DNA from: an uncultured Bacteroidales bacterium
Lineage (GTDB): Bacteria > Bacteroidota > Bacteroidia > Bacteroidales > ML635J-15
Length of the DNA stretch: 64,000 bases
Reading direction: 5' to 3'
Assembly: GCA_964418565.1 (NCBI GenBank)
Contig: CAYQMB010000001.1
Coordinates: 14,433-78,432, forward strand
Position numbers and translations under genes: made by a program. The notes under the pieces are model-generated. The model had not been told where the DNA came from. It saw only the letters and a program-made list of their open reading frames with translations, and did no database searches. Below, in pieces: positions 29,200 to 38,226 of the stretch; position 1 is the first letter of the stretch; every line of letters begins with the position of its first letter.

Positions 29200-30288
29200 A
29201 TGAACACCGAACCTTTGATTTTTAGCTTAGATGCCGGCGGAACCAATTTTGTTTTTTCTGCCGTGAAAAATGGTGAACTTTCGGGGGAAAGTATCCGCAA
29301 ATCCTCCCATGCCGATGATCTGGAAAAAAGCCTCCAAACCATTGTGGATGGTTTTTCAGAGCTGAAAACCAGACATGATGAACCCGTAACTGCTCTTAGT
29401 TTTGCTTTCCCCGGTCCTTCTGATTACGAACATGGTGTGATAGGAGATCTGGGAAATTTGCCCGCATACCGTGGAGGCGTTGCTCTCGGGCCCATGCTAA
29501 AAGAGAAATTCAATGTTCCGGTTTTTATCAACAATGATGCTGATCTTTTTGCCCTGGGAGAAGCCATGGAAGGCAGCCTGCCACATCTGAATCAAAAACT
29601 GCACAAAGCCGGCAGCCAGAAATCATACCAAAACCTCGTGGGCCTGACGCTGGGTACAGGCTTCGGGCTCGGTGTTGTTATTCGCGGTAATCTGATCCGT
29701 GGCGACAATTCTCTGCCCAATGAAATCTGGCTGATGCGAAACCCTGAATACCCACAGGCAAACATTGAAGAATCGGTTAGCATACGAGGTATACAGCGAT
29801 CTTTTCGAAAACTCAGCGGCAGAAACGATGATCTTTCTCCCAAAGACATCCACGACATTGCCATTGAAGGAGTCGGGAAAGATAAGGCAGCAGCCATTGA
29901 AAGCTTTCAGATATTTGGTAAAAACCTGGGAGACACCATTGCCACCCTCATAAGCCTGTATGATGCCAATATTTCCATAGGCGGAGGTTTATCCAAAGCC
30001 TGGGATTTGTTTATGCCGGCAGCCATGGAGCAAATAAATTCTAGCTTTATCACACCTGAAGGCAAGCAACTTCCCAGACTGACGCATCAGGTATTTAACC
30101 TTGAAAATGCTGAAGAATTTAACTCGTTTGCCCGGGGCGATGAAAAACGAATTCCCTTACCGGGAGCATCTGAGGCGAAATATCCTTATATACCAAAGCC
30201 ACGTGTGGGCATCATGAAATCAAGCATGGGCACATCAAAAGCAACCATGACCGGAGCTTACCATTTTGCTTTATCAAAGCTTGGATAA
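29200..30288 (+). CDS. ROK-family sugar kinase (putative glucokinase)
   Basis: Contains the DAGGTNFVF phosphate-1 motif, NDADLFALGE, and the glycine-rich LTLGTGFGLGVVIRG. I did not see the Cys-rich zinc motif of classical ROK proteins. Confidence 0.72.
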   Translation: MNTEPLIFSLDAGGTNFVFSAVKNGELSGESIRKSSHADDLEKSLQTIVDGFSELKTRHDEPVTALSFAFPGPSDYEHGVIGDLGNLPAYRGGVALGPMLKEKFNVPVFINNDADLFALGEAMEGSLPHLNQKLHKAGSQKSYQNLVGLTLGTGFGLGVVIRGNLIRGDNSLPNEIWLMRNPEYPQANIEESVSIRGIQRSFRKLSGRNDDLSPKDIHDIAIEGVGKDKAAAIESFQIFGKNLGDTIATLISLYDANISIGGGLSKAWDLFMPAAMEQINSSFITPEGKQLPRLTHQVFNLENAEEFNSFARGDEKRIPLPGASEAKYPYIPKPRVGIMKSSMGTSKATMTGAYHFALSKLG

Positions 30289-30499
30289 ACCGGCGGATTT
30301 AAATATTATACCTGAAAAGGCTCCTTGCTTTACCGTTTTCAACAATCTGAGAAACCCGGTCCTGATGATACAGGCTGCAAGTGATTTTTGCCTTTCACTA
30401 TAGATGGATTTTATTAAGACCGTTATAAACAAAAACAGCCAGTTGCAGATTTCAGCCAGTTTCATTACTTTTACAGGTTAATAGAGATCGAAAGGCATT

Positions 30500-31663
30500 A
30501 TGAGTAAAATACTGGTTATAGATGATGAGAAAAGCATTCGGAATGTACTGAAAGACATTCTTGAATACGAGAAATATACAGTTGAACTTGCTGAAAATGG
30601 TAAAGAGGGGCTTAAAAAAATCAAGGATAACTCAATTGACCTCGTACTTTGCGATATCAAAATGCCGGAACCCGATGGCATGGAAGTGTTGGAAAAAAGC
30701 ATGGAAACCAATCCGGAGCTTCCGTTTATTATGATTTCCGGGCATGGCGATATTGATATTGCAGTATCAAGCATTAAAACAGGTGCTTACGATTTCATTC
30801 AGAAACCCATTGATCTGCAACGCCTTCAGATCACCGTAAAAAATGCCCTTGAACGCTCCAATCTGGTAACCGAAACCAAAAAGCTGAGGAAAAAAGTCAG
30901 CAAGCGTTATGAAATGGTGGGTGAATCTAAAGCCATGCAGCACATTCGCGACATGATTGACAAGGTGGCTCCCACTGATGCGCGGGTACTGATTACAGGA
31001 GAGAACGGAACAGGTAAAGAGTTGGTTGCACATCATCTGCATGAAAAAAGCCAGCGTGCAAAAGCCCCGTTCGTGGAAGTTAATTGTGCTGCTATCCCCT
31101 CTGAATTAATTGAATCCGAGCTTTTCGGTCATGAAAAAGGAGCCTTTACCTCAGCCCACAAGCAACGCAAAGGGAAATTTGAACAGGCCAACGGCGGCAC
31201 CATTTTTCTGGATGAAATCGGCGACATGAGCCTTTCTGCGCAGGCAAAAGTGCTGCGTGCCTTGCAGGAAAATAAAATCAGCCGCGTAGGCAGTGATAAG
31301 GATATCCATGTTGATGTCAGGTTAATTGCAGCCACCAATAAGGATTTAAGCAAAGAAATTGAAAAAAATAATTTCCGGGAAGACCTGTTTCATCGCATAT
31401 CCGTCATTCTGATTCATGTCCCCTCTTTATCAGAGCGTAAAGACGACATACCCGTACTGGCAGATTTTTTCCTGACCGAGATTTGCGAAGAACATGGCAT
31501 TCCAAAAAAGAAAATCTCCGGCGATGCCTTAAAAACGCTACAGGATTACCCCTGGACCGGAAACATACGTGAATTCAGAAACATGATGGAACGTCTGGTG
31601 ATTCTCTGCTCAGACACCATCAGCGGAAAAGACATTAAAACCTACGCTCACCCATTGGTATAA
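30500..31663 (+). CDS. sigma-54-dependent response regulator (receiver + AAA+ domain, no C-terminal HTH domain)
   Basis: REC domain (LVLCDIKMPEPDG), Walker A GENGTGKE, and a GAFTSA variant of the GAFTGA loop at nt 31139-31156. The protein ends ~20 aa after the IREFRNMMERLVIL region, so no Fis-type HTH fits. Confidence 0.88.
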   Translation: MSKILVIDDEKSIRNVLKDILEYEKYTVELAENGKEGLKKIKDNSIDLVLCDIKMPEPDGMEVLEKSMETNPELPFIMISGHGDIDIAVSSIKTGAYDFIQKPIDLQRLQITVKNALERSNLVTETKKLRKKVSKRYEMVGESKAMQHIRDMIDKVAPTDARVLITGENGTGKELVAHHLHEKSQRAKAPFVEVNCAAIPSELIESELFGHEKGAFTSAHKQRKGKFEQANGGTIFLDEIGDMSLSAQAKVLRALQENKISRVGSDKDIHVDVRLIAATNKDLSKEIEKNNFREDLFHRISVILIHVPSLSERKDDIPVLADFFLTEICEEHGIPKKKISGDALKTLQDYPWTGNIREFRNMMERLVILCSDTISGKDIKTYAHPLV

Positions 31664-31664
31664 A

Positions 31665-33125
31665 ATGCGCAAAGAAAAAGATTTCATAGGAGAAATAAGC
31701 ATACCGGATGATGCCCTTTTTGGCATCAACGCTCTCCGTGCGCAATCCAATTTCGACAATACCATACCCTTCAATTTCAGGTGGTATAAAAGCCTGGGCA
31801 CGGTAAAACTTGCCATGTATCAAACCATTCAGCGTTATCAGTCTGAATTAAAAAACAAATATCCTGAACTGAAGGAATTGCAAAAACTCCCGGAAAACAA
31901 GCTCAATGCACTTATACAGGCTGCCCGGGAGGTGAGCGAGGGCAAACACCGGGATCATTTTATCGTACCGGCCATACAGGGCGGTGCGGGTACCAGCATC
32001 AACATGAACATTAATGAAATCATTGCCAACCGGGCATTGCAGATGCTGGGAGAAAAACCCGGAAATTATAATGTTCTGGATCCGGTGGAGGCAGCCAATC
32101 TGTTTCAGTCTACCAACGATGTGGTTCCAACTGCACTTAAAATGGCTGTAATGCTGGCTTTACATGATCTTGAAAAAAGCATTAATGACCTGCGCTTTGC
32201 TCTGGAGCATCATGAAAAAGAACACCGCAACTCCCTTCGAATTGGGTATACACAGATGCAGGCTGCTGTTCCCACTTCATTTGGGCGGCTTTTCAGTGCA
32301 TACAATGATGCCTTGTCAAGAGACTGGTGGCGCGTATCAAAATGTTTCGAGCGGATTAAGCAGGTAAATCTGGGTGGCAGCGCCATAGGTACCGGCATCA
32401 CTGTTCCGCGTTTTGTGATTATGGAGGCCGTTCGTGAATTACAGAAAATGACAGAGCTGCCCTTAACGCGGGGTGAAAACATGGTGGATACAACCAGCAA
32501 TCTTGATAGCTGGACAGAAATTCATGCTACCATGAAAGCCCATGCAGTAAACCTGGAAAAAATCAGCAATGATCTGCGCCTGCTTGCTTCCGATCTGTCT
32601 TCCGAAAATGGTCTGAAAATACCTCAACAGCAAGTTGGAAGTTCCATCATGCCGGGCAAGGTTAATCCGGTTATTCCGGAGTTTGTTATCAGCACAGCAC
32701 ATCAGGTATACGCCAACGACCAGTTAATTTCAGGATTAAGCGGACAATCCGTGCTTGAACTCAACCCTTACCTGCCATCCATCGGGCATGCTGTACTCAA
32801 CAGCATGGAGCTGCTAACAAGTGCAAACCACAGCCTCAGAAACAAGCTGATCAAAGGCATGGTAATCCAAAGCGATGCTGCTAAAATTCAACTTCTGAAA
32901 AGCAGTACATTGTGTACGGCATTTGTTCCCTTCATTGGTTACCACAAAGCTGCTGAGATTGCCCGCTACATGAGCAGAAATAACACCGACATATATGATG
33001 CCTGCAGGCAAACCGGATATGTAAACGATAAGCAGGCAAAAGAAATAATGAAACCCGAAAACCTGTTAAAACTCGGCTTTTCGGTAAAAGATTTCAAACA
33101 GTTTCAACAAAACAAAGACACCTGA
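31665..33125 (+). CDS. aspA: aspartate ammonia-lyase family protein (class II fumarase/aspartase superfamily)
   Basis: 486 aa. Signature GSSIMPGKVNPVIPE (aspartase-like VNPVxPE), plus QGGAGTSINMN and STNDVVPTA. The N-terminal ~80 aa diverge from classical AspA. The start is 1 nt after the regulator's stop codon. Confidence 0.75.
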   Translation: MRKEKDFIGEISIPDDALFGINALRAQSNFDNTIPFNFRWYKSLGTVKLAMYQTIQRYQSELKNKYPELKELQKLPENKLNALIQAAREVSEGKHRDHFIVPAIQGGAGTSINMNINEIIANRALQMLGEKPGNYNVLDPVEAANLFQSTNDVVPTALKMAVMLALHDLEKSINDLRFALEHHEKEHRNSLRIGYTQMQAAVPTSFGRLFSAYNDALSRDWWRVSKCFERIKQVNLGGSAIGTGITVPRFVIMEAVRELQKMTELPLTRGENMVDTTSNLDSWTEIHATMKAHAVNLEKISNDLRLLASDLSSENGLKIPQQQVGSSIMPGKVNPVIPEFVISTAHQVYANDQLISGLSGQSVLELNPYLPSIGHAVLNSMELLTSANHSLRNKLIKGMVIQSDAAKIQLLKSSTLCTAFVPFIGYHKAAEIARYMSRNNTDIYDACRQTGYVNDKQAKEIMKPENLLKLGFSVKDFKQFQQNKDT

Positions 33126-33149
33126 TAACGCAGACTAACACTCGAACAC

Positions 33150-33728
33150 ATGGCTGAATATTTCGCACACGAAACCGCAGTAATTGATGAAGGATCACGG
33201 ATTGGAGAAGGAACCAAAATATGGCATTTTTCGCATGTGATGAAAAATGCGATAATTGGAAAGCAATGCAACCTTGGTCAGAACATTGTAGTATCGCCGA
33301 ATGTTGTGCTTGGCAACAACGTAAAAGTACAAAACAACGTTTCCATTTACACTGGTGTTGTATGTGATGATGATGTTTTTCTGGGTCCGTCCATGGTGTT
33401 TACAAACATCACCAATCCCAGATCAGCAGTAAACAGACGCGATCAATACGAAAAAACCCATGTAAAGAAGGGTGCCAGTATTGGGGCAAATGCTACCATT
33501 GTGTGTGGTCATGATATTGGCGAATATGCCTTTATTGGTGCAGGAGCCGTTATAACCAAAACCGTAAAACCCTACGCCCTGATGGTTGGTAATCCGGCAA
33601 GGCAAATCGGCTGGATGAGCGAGTACGGCCATAAACTGCATTTTGATGAAAACGGGATAGCATATTGCCCTGAAAGCAAAGAAAAATACCTTTTGGAAAA
33701 CGATATTGTAAAGAAAATGAAAGCATAA
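33150..33728 (+). CDS. hexapeptide-repeat N-acetyltransferase, WbpD/WlbB-like (UDP-2-acetamido-3-amino-2,3-dideoxy-glucuronate N-acetyltransferase)
   Basis: 192 aa. Left-handed beta-helix repeats and the WbpD-like pattern IWHFSHV...VQNNVSIY...[14 protein letters not shown]. Confidence 0.82.
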   Translation: MAEYFAHETAVIDEGSRIGEGTKIWHFSHVMKNAIIGKQCNLGQNIVVSPNVVLGNNVKVQNNVSIYTGVVCDDDVFLGPSMVFTNITNPRSAVNRRDQYEKTHVKKGASIGANATIVCGHDIGEYAFIGAGAVITKTVKPYALMVGNPARQIGWMSEYGHKLHFDENGIAYCPESKEKYLLENDIVKKMKA

Positions 33729-33732
33729 TTGT

Positions 33733-34680
33733 ATGAACAACACAAAAACGCGATTTGCGCTGATAGGTGCTGCCGGCTACATAGCCATACGGCACGTAAA
33801 AGCCATAAAGGAAACCGGAAATGATTTGACAGCCACCCTTGATTTGTTTGATTCTGTCGGTTTCCTGGATGCCTATTTTCCCAACACAGATTTTTTCACT
33901 GAATATGAGCGCTTTGACCGGCATGTGGACAAACTCAAGCGCAAAGACAAAAAAATCGATTACGTCAGCATTTGCACCCCCAACTACCTGCATGACTCTC
34001 ACATACGCTTTGCTTTGAAAAACGATGCCCACGCCATCTGTGAAAAACCGCTGGTTCTGAACCCCTGGAACATTGATGGTCTGGCAGAAATGGAGCAGGA
34101 AACCGGAAAAAAAATAAACACTATTTTACAGTTACGCCTGCATCCATCCATTATCGCCCTTAAAGAAAAAATTGCCAATGGTCCTAAGGACAAAGTATAC
34201 GATGTTGATCTTGCATACCTCACCAGCAGAGGCAACTGGTATCACTACTCATGGAAAGGTAATGCAAAAAAATCGGGCGGGATTTCCACCAACATAGGCA
34301 TCCATTTTTATGATATGCTAACCTGGATTTTTGGTGATGTAAAAGAAAGCATCGTACACGAACACGGAGAAAAACGCGCGGCCGGGTTTTTACAACTGCA
34401 AAAAGCACGTGTGCGCTGGGTGTTAAGTGTGGATGAAAATGACCTGCCGGATAACGTCAAGTTAAAAGGGCAGCGGACATTCCGCTCCATTACTGTCGAG
34501 GGCGAAGAAATTGAATTCAGCAAAGGATTTACAGATTTACATACGCTCAGTTATCAGGAAATTCTCAGGGGCAACGGTTTTGGACTTGATGATGCCCGCA
34601 AAAGCATTGAAATTGTTTACGATATCCGCAATGCAACACCCATTGGCCTGAAGGGAGATTATCATCCCTTATGCAAATAA
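33733..34680 (+). CDS. Gfo/Idh/MocA oxidoreductase, WbpB/WlbA-like
   Basis: 315 aa. N-terminal Rossmann motif RFALIGAAGYIAIRHVKAIK. The start is 5 nt after the acetyltransferase stop codon. Confidence 0.78.
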   Translation: MNNTKTRFALIGAAGYIAIRHVKAIKETGNDLTATLDLFDSVGFLDAYFPNTDFFTEYERFDRHVDKLKRKDKKIDYVSICTPNYLHDSHIRFALKNDAHAICEKPLVLNPWNIDGLAEMEQETGKKINTILQLRLHPSIIALKEKIANGPKDKVYDVDLAYLTSRGNWYHYSWKGNAKKSGGISTNIGIHFYDMLTWIFGDVKESIVHEHGEKRAAGFLQLQKARVRWVLSVDENDLPDNVKLKGQRTFRSITVEGEEIEFSKGFTDLHTLSYQEILRGNGFGLDDARKSIEIVYDIRNATPIGLKGDYHPLCK

Positions 34681-34737
34681 AATTCATTTTTATTTTAAGG
34701 AAATAAAATTATTTTAGCTCCCGATAAAAAAAATTCA

Positions 34738-36030
34738 TTGCAGATGTACAACGCTATCATTAAGAAGGAAAAGAAAATTGCTGTTATTGGCCTCGGGTAT
34801 GTTGGATTACCGATTGCTCTGGAATTTGCTAAACATGTCCCCGTGATTGGTTTCGATATCAAACCGGATCGCGTGGAAATGATGAAAAAAGGTGTAGATC
34901 CCAGCGAAGAACTGGAAGCAAAGGATTTTGAAAACAAAGACATCACCTTTACTTCAGATACAGAAGATTTAAGAGATGCCAGTTTTTACATTGTAGCTGT
35001 ACCTACACCTATTAATGAGCATAATCTTCCAGAACTGACACCCGTCCTGAAAGCATCAGAAACCGTTGGTAAAGTTATCAGCAAAGGCGATTATGTCGTT
35101 TTTGAATCCACTGTATATCCCGGCTGCACTGAGGAAGACTGCGTACCGGTCATTGAAGAACATTCGGGAATAAAATACATTCAGGATTTCAAAGTGGGAT
35201 ACTCCCCCGAACGCATCAACCCCGGTGATAAAGAACACACCCTGGCAAGCATTGCAAAAGTAAGTTCAGGCTGTGATGCTGAATCAGCAGAAAACATTGC
35301 CAAAGTGTACGAACTGGTTATCAAAGCCGGCGTTCACAGAGCCAGCTCTATAAAAGTGGCAGAAGCCGCTAAAATCATTGAAAACACACAGCGCGATGTA
35401 AACATTGCACTGATGAACGAGCTTTCCATGATTTTCAATAAAATTGGCATCAACACCTTTGAAGTTCTTGAAGCTGCCGGCACAAAATGGAACTTCCTTC
35501 CGTTTATCCCGGGCCTGGTGGGTGGTCACTGTATTGGTGTAGATCCTTACTATCTGCTGCACAAGGCCAAACAACTCGGCTACCATGCACAGATCATCAA
35601 CTCAGGTCGTGCCATTAATGACGGAATGGGAGCACATGTTACCAAGGAAACCGTTAAAATGATGCTTGGCAAAAACAAGGTACTGAATAAGGCCAAAGTT
35701 CTTGTCATGGGGCTTACTTTTAAAGAAAACGTCGCAGACATCCGGAACACCCGCGTTGTTGACATTTTACATGAGCTTGAGGATTATAAAGTTGATTACG
35801 ATATTGTTGATCCGTATGCCAACCCAAAAGAGGTAAAAGAAGAATATAACATTGAGCTGAATGAAATTGATGGCAATTACGATGCTATTATTCTTGCTGT
35901 TAACCACAAAGAATACGCTGAACTTAATGAAGAATTTTTCAAATCCATCAGTGCTGATGACGGAATACTCGTGGATATTAAAGGAATATTCAGGGATCGC
36001 ATCAAAAGCATGACGTATTGGAGCCTTTAA
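34738..36030 (+). CDS. UDP-N-acetyl-D-glucosamine/mannosamine 6-dehydrogenase family (WbpA/TviB-like nucleotide-sugar dehydrogenase)
   Basis: 430 aa. KIAVIGLGYVGLPIALEFAK Rossmann motif and catalytic Cys context GLVGGHCIGVDPYY. An alternative ATG lies at 34744. Confidence 0.85.
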   Translation: MQMYNAIIKKEKKIAVIGLGYVGLPIALEFAKHVPVIGFDIKPDRVEMMKKGVDPSEELEAKDFENKDITFTSDTEDLRDASFYIVAVPTPINEHNLPELTPVLKASETVGKVISKGDYVVFESTVYPGCTEEDCVPVIEEHSGIKYIQDFKVGYSPERINPGDKEHTLASIAKVSSGCDAESAENIAKVYELVIKAGVHRASSIKVAEAAKIIENTQRDVNIALMNELSMIFNKIGINTFEVLEAAGTKWNFLPFIPGLVGGHCIGVDPYYLLHKAKQLGYHAQIINSGRAINDGMGAHVTKETVKMMLGKNKVLNKAKVLVMGLTFKENVADIRNTRVVDILHELEDYKVDYDIVDPYANPKEVKEEYNIELNEIDGNYDAIILAVNHKEYAELNEEFFKSISADDGILVDIKGIFRDRIKSMTYWSL

Positions 36031-36113
36031 TCAAAAAGGGAGAAAAAGCAAGAGGCTACACGCTTGTTAGCGAATAGCCCCTTGAGAAACCACATGAAAA
36101 CTACCAGTTTTAA

Positions 36114-36149
36114 AACCGGATTGTCATTACACAATTCGGTTTATTTTTT
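36114..36149 (+). terminator. rho-independent terminator downstream of the dehydrogenase gene
   Basis: 10-bp stem AACCGGATTG/CAATTCGGTT (one G-U pair), 8-nt loop, then TATTTTTT. Confidence 0.6.
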
Positions 36150-36234
36150 GAAATAGTTATGAATTAAACAGGGTTATAGCAAAATAGTTCACAATCCATG
36201 GCACTATGTAATCACACCCGATTGACATAACAAG

Positions 36235-36261
36235 AAAAAGCCCGCATATCACGGGCTTTTT
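36235..36261 (-). terminator. rho-independent terminator after the purine nucleoside phosphorylase gene (A/T-flanked, bidirectional-looking)
   Basis: Stem AGCCCG/CGGGCT with a 7-nt loop, flanked by A5 and T5 runs. It lies 24 nt beyond the stop codon at 36285. Confidence 0.65.
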
Positions 36262-36284
36262 AACAAGACTTTTCAGGCATCGTT

Positions 36285-37094
36285 TTATACGCTTTTCATC
36301 ATTTCCTTAATCAGGAGTGTCATCTTTTTTTCCGCTTTTGCAGCAACTTTCTGTACTTCTTCATGAGAGACCTCTTCAATTTTTCCCGGTACACCCAGAT
36401 CTGTAATGATAGAAATTGCAAAACAGGGGATACCCATTTGCCTGGCAACAATCACTTCTGGTACAGTACTCATCCCAACAGCATCAGACCCTATAATGCG
36501 GAAATATTTGTATTCGGACGGCGTTTCAAATGTTGGGCCAGTAACAGCTGTATAAACCCCTTCCTGAAGCTTTATGCTGTGATTTTGGGCAATTTCCTTT
36601 ACGGCATTTATCATTGTCGGATCATATGCCTGACTCATATCCGGAAACCGCTCACCGAAAGCCGGATTATGCTTTCCAATTAAGGGGTTTGGTATAAGGT
36701 TTATGTGGTCATTAAGTACCATCAGGTCACCAATTTCAAATTCCGGATTCACACCTCCGCTGGCATTGCTGACAAACAGGTGTTTGATACCAAGCTTTTT
36801 CATCACGCGTACAGGAAAGGTGATCTTTTCAGCCGAATAGCCTTCATAATAGTGAAAGCGACCCTGCATAGCAACAATGGGCTTGCCGCTAAGGGTACCA
36901 AATATTAAACGACCATGATGGCCTTCTACTGTACTTACCGGAAAATCCGGTATGTCATCATACGCAAGGGTCTCATTAATTTCAATTTCATCTACCAGGC
37001 CACCCAGGCCTGTACCCAGAATAATCCCGGTTTCAGGATTTAAGGTGATCCTGTCCTTTATAAAGTTTGCTGTACCTTCGATTTGTTTTAACAT
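36285..37094 (-). CDS. purine nucleoside phosphorylase (PNP/MTAP family 2, inosine/guanosine type)
   Basis: MLKQIEGTANFIKDRITLNPETGIILGTGLGGL is a typical PNP N-terminus, and VGMSTVPEV is present. I prefer the ATG at 37094 over the ORF-track start at 37136. Confidence 0.9.
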   Translation of the reverse strand: MLKQIEGTANFIKDRITLNPETGIILGTGLGGLVDEIEINETLAYDDIPDFPVSTVEGHHGRLIFGTLSGKPIVAMQGRFHYYEGYSAEKITFPVRVMKKLGIKHLFVSNASGGVNPEFEIGDLMVLNDHINLIPNPLIGKHNPAFGERFPDMSQAYDPTMINAVKEIAQNHSIKLQEGVYTAVTGPTFETPSEYKYFRIIGSDAVGMSTVPEVIVARQMGIPCFAISIITDLGVPGKIEEVSHEEVQKVAAKAEKKMTLLIKEMMKSV

Positions 37095-38160
37095 AGCGAA
37101 TAATTTGATATTTAAACTCTTCTTCTTGTTCCTCATTTCCCAAAAACTCTACTCGTACCGGGAGGTAATATAGGTGTTTTTTTACAATTTCAGGAACATC
37201 CCTTAACTGTTTTATCTTTGTAGCATCTTTTTCGGTTGTCACAACAATTTTATGCTCGTTTTTGAGTTTTTCAAACTGATTTTTAATCCGGTTCATATCA
37301 CTGGCATTGTAAAAGTGATGATCCATAAAATGCATCATTTTTTTATCTGTTGTCAATGCGCTGATTTTTTTTCTGAACATCTTATTGTTTGCAATGCCTG
37401 ACACTCCGAGTATCGATGTTTTACTTTTGTCGATCTCATCAAGTTTGATTTTTTTATCATGATCAAAAACCCCAACCAAGTCATCGTATTCAAAGGTTGT
37501 GAAATACAGATACTGAAACGGATAAATTTTCAACTCTTTATCCATCAGCCGTTTTTCTATGGGTTTCATGCTTTTCGGGCACTTGGTAACAATAATAATG
37601 TGTGCTCGCCTGTGTTCATGTGCCTGTTCCCGCAATCTGCCATAGGGCAAAAAATGGTCCCTGGTAAACGGACGGTTGTAATCCGTTAAGAGAACATTGA
37701 GCCCTGCCTGAATCTTCCGGTGTTGAAAGGCATCATCCAGAATGACAGCTTTGATGTCCTTTTTATTGGACAAAATATCAATTCCCCTGCTTCGTTTTTC
37801 GTCAACAGCCACTGTCACATCCGGAAACTTCTGCTTGATCTGCATGGGCTCGTCTCCAATTGATTTTGCTGTGGCACGCTCATCGGCCATAACGAAGCCT
37901 TTGGTTTTTCGTTTATATCCCCGGCTCAGTACGCCAATATTGAAATCATCCTTTAACAAACGCAGGAGGTATTCAACATGGGGTGTCTTGCCGGTTCCGC
38001 CAACGGTAAGGTTACCAACACAAATCACAGGAAAATTAAACGTTCTGGACTTCAACACCTTGTTTTCATACAGAGAATTGCGCACAGAAACCGCAATCCC
38101 ATAAATCAATGATAAGGGATACAGCAACAACCATTTGAGTATTTTCAGACCTGCGGACAT
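37033..38160 (-). CDS. lpxK: tetraacyldisaccharide 4'-kinase
   Basis: 375 aa. N-terminal membrane anchor and P-loop GNLTVGGTGKTP typical of LpxK. The 3' end overlaps the PNP start by 62 nt. Confidence 0.9.
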   Translation of the reverse strand: MSAGLKILKWLLLYPLSLIYGIAVSVRNSLYENKVLKSRTFNFPVICVGNLTVGGTGKTPHVEYLLRLLKDDFNIGVLSRGYKRKTKGFVMADERATAKSIGDEPMQIKQKFPDVTVAVDEKRSRGIDILSNKKDIKAVILDDAFQHRKIQAGLNVLLTDYNRPFTRDHFLPYGRLREQAHEHRRAHIIIVTKCPKSMKPIEKRLMDKELKIYPFQYLYFTTFEYDDLVGVFDHDKKIKLDEIDKSKTSILGVSGIANNKMFRKKISALTTDKKMMHFMDHHFYNASDMNRIKNQFEKLKNEHKIVVTTEKDATKIKQLRDVPEIVKKHLYYLPVRVEFLGNEEQEEEFKYQIIRYVKTNRRYSKLYKGQDHLKS

Positions 38161-38226
38161 TCTTAAGCCCGAAAGTAAGCATAAAATACCGAAAAATAAA
38201 AAATTAACTGCCTTAAATTATCATTA

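Noticed and set aside
30274-30465. A 63-aa minus-strand ORF in the 211-bp spacer upstream of the sigma-54 regulator gene.
   Set aside because: It overlaps the ROK kinase 3' end, has no promoter box or recognisable sequence, and is likely spurious.
33550-34032. A 160-aa minus-strand ORF across the wbpD-like/wbpB-like junction.
   Set aside because: It is antisense to two recognisable genes and its translation has no family resemblance.
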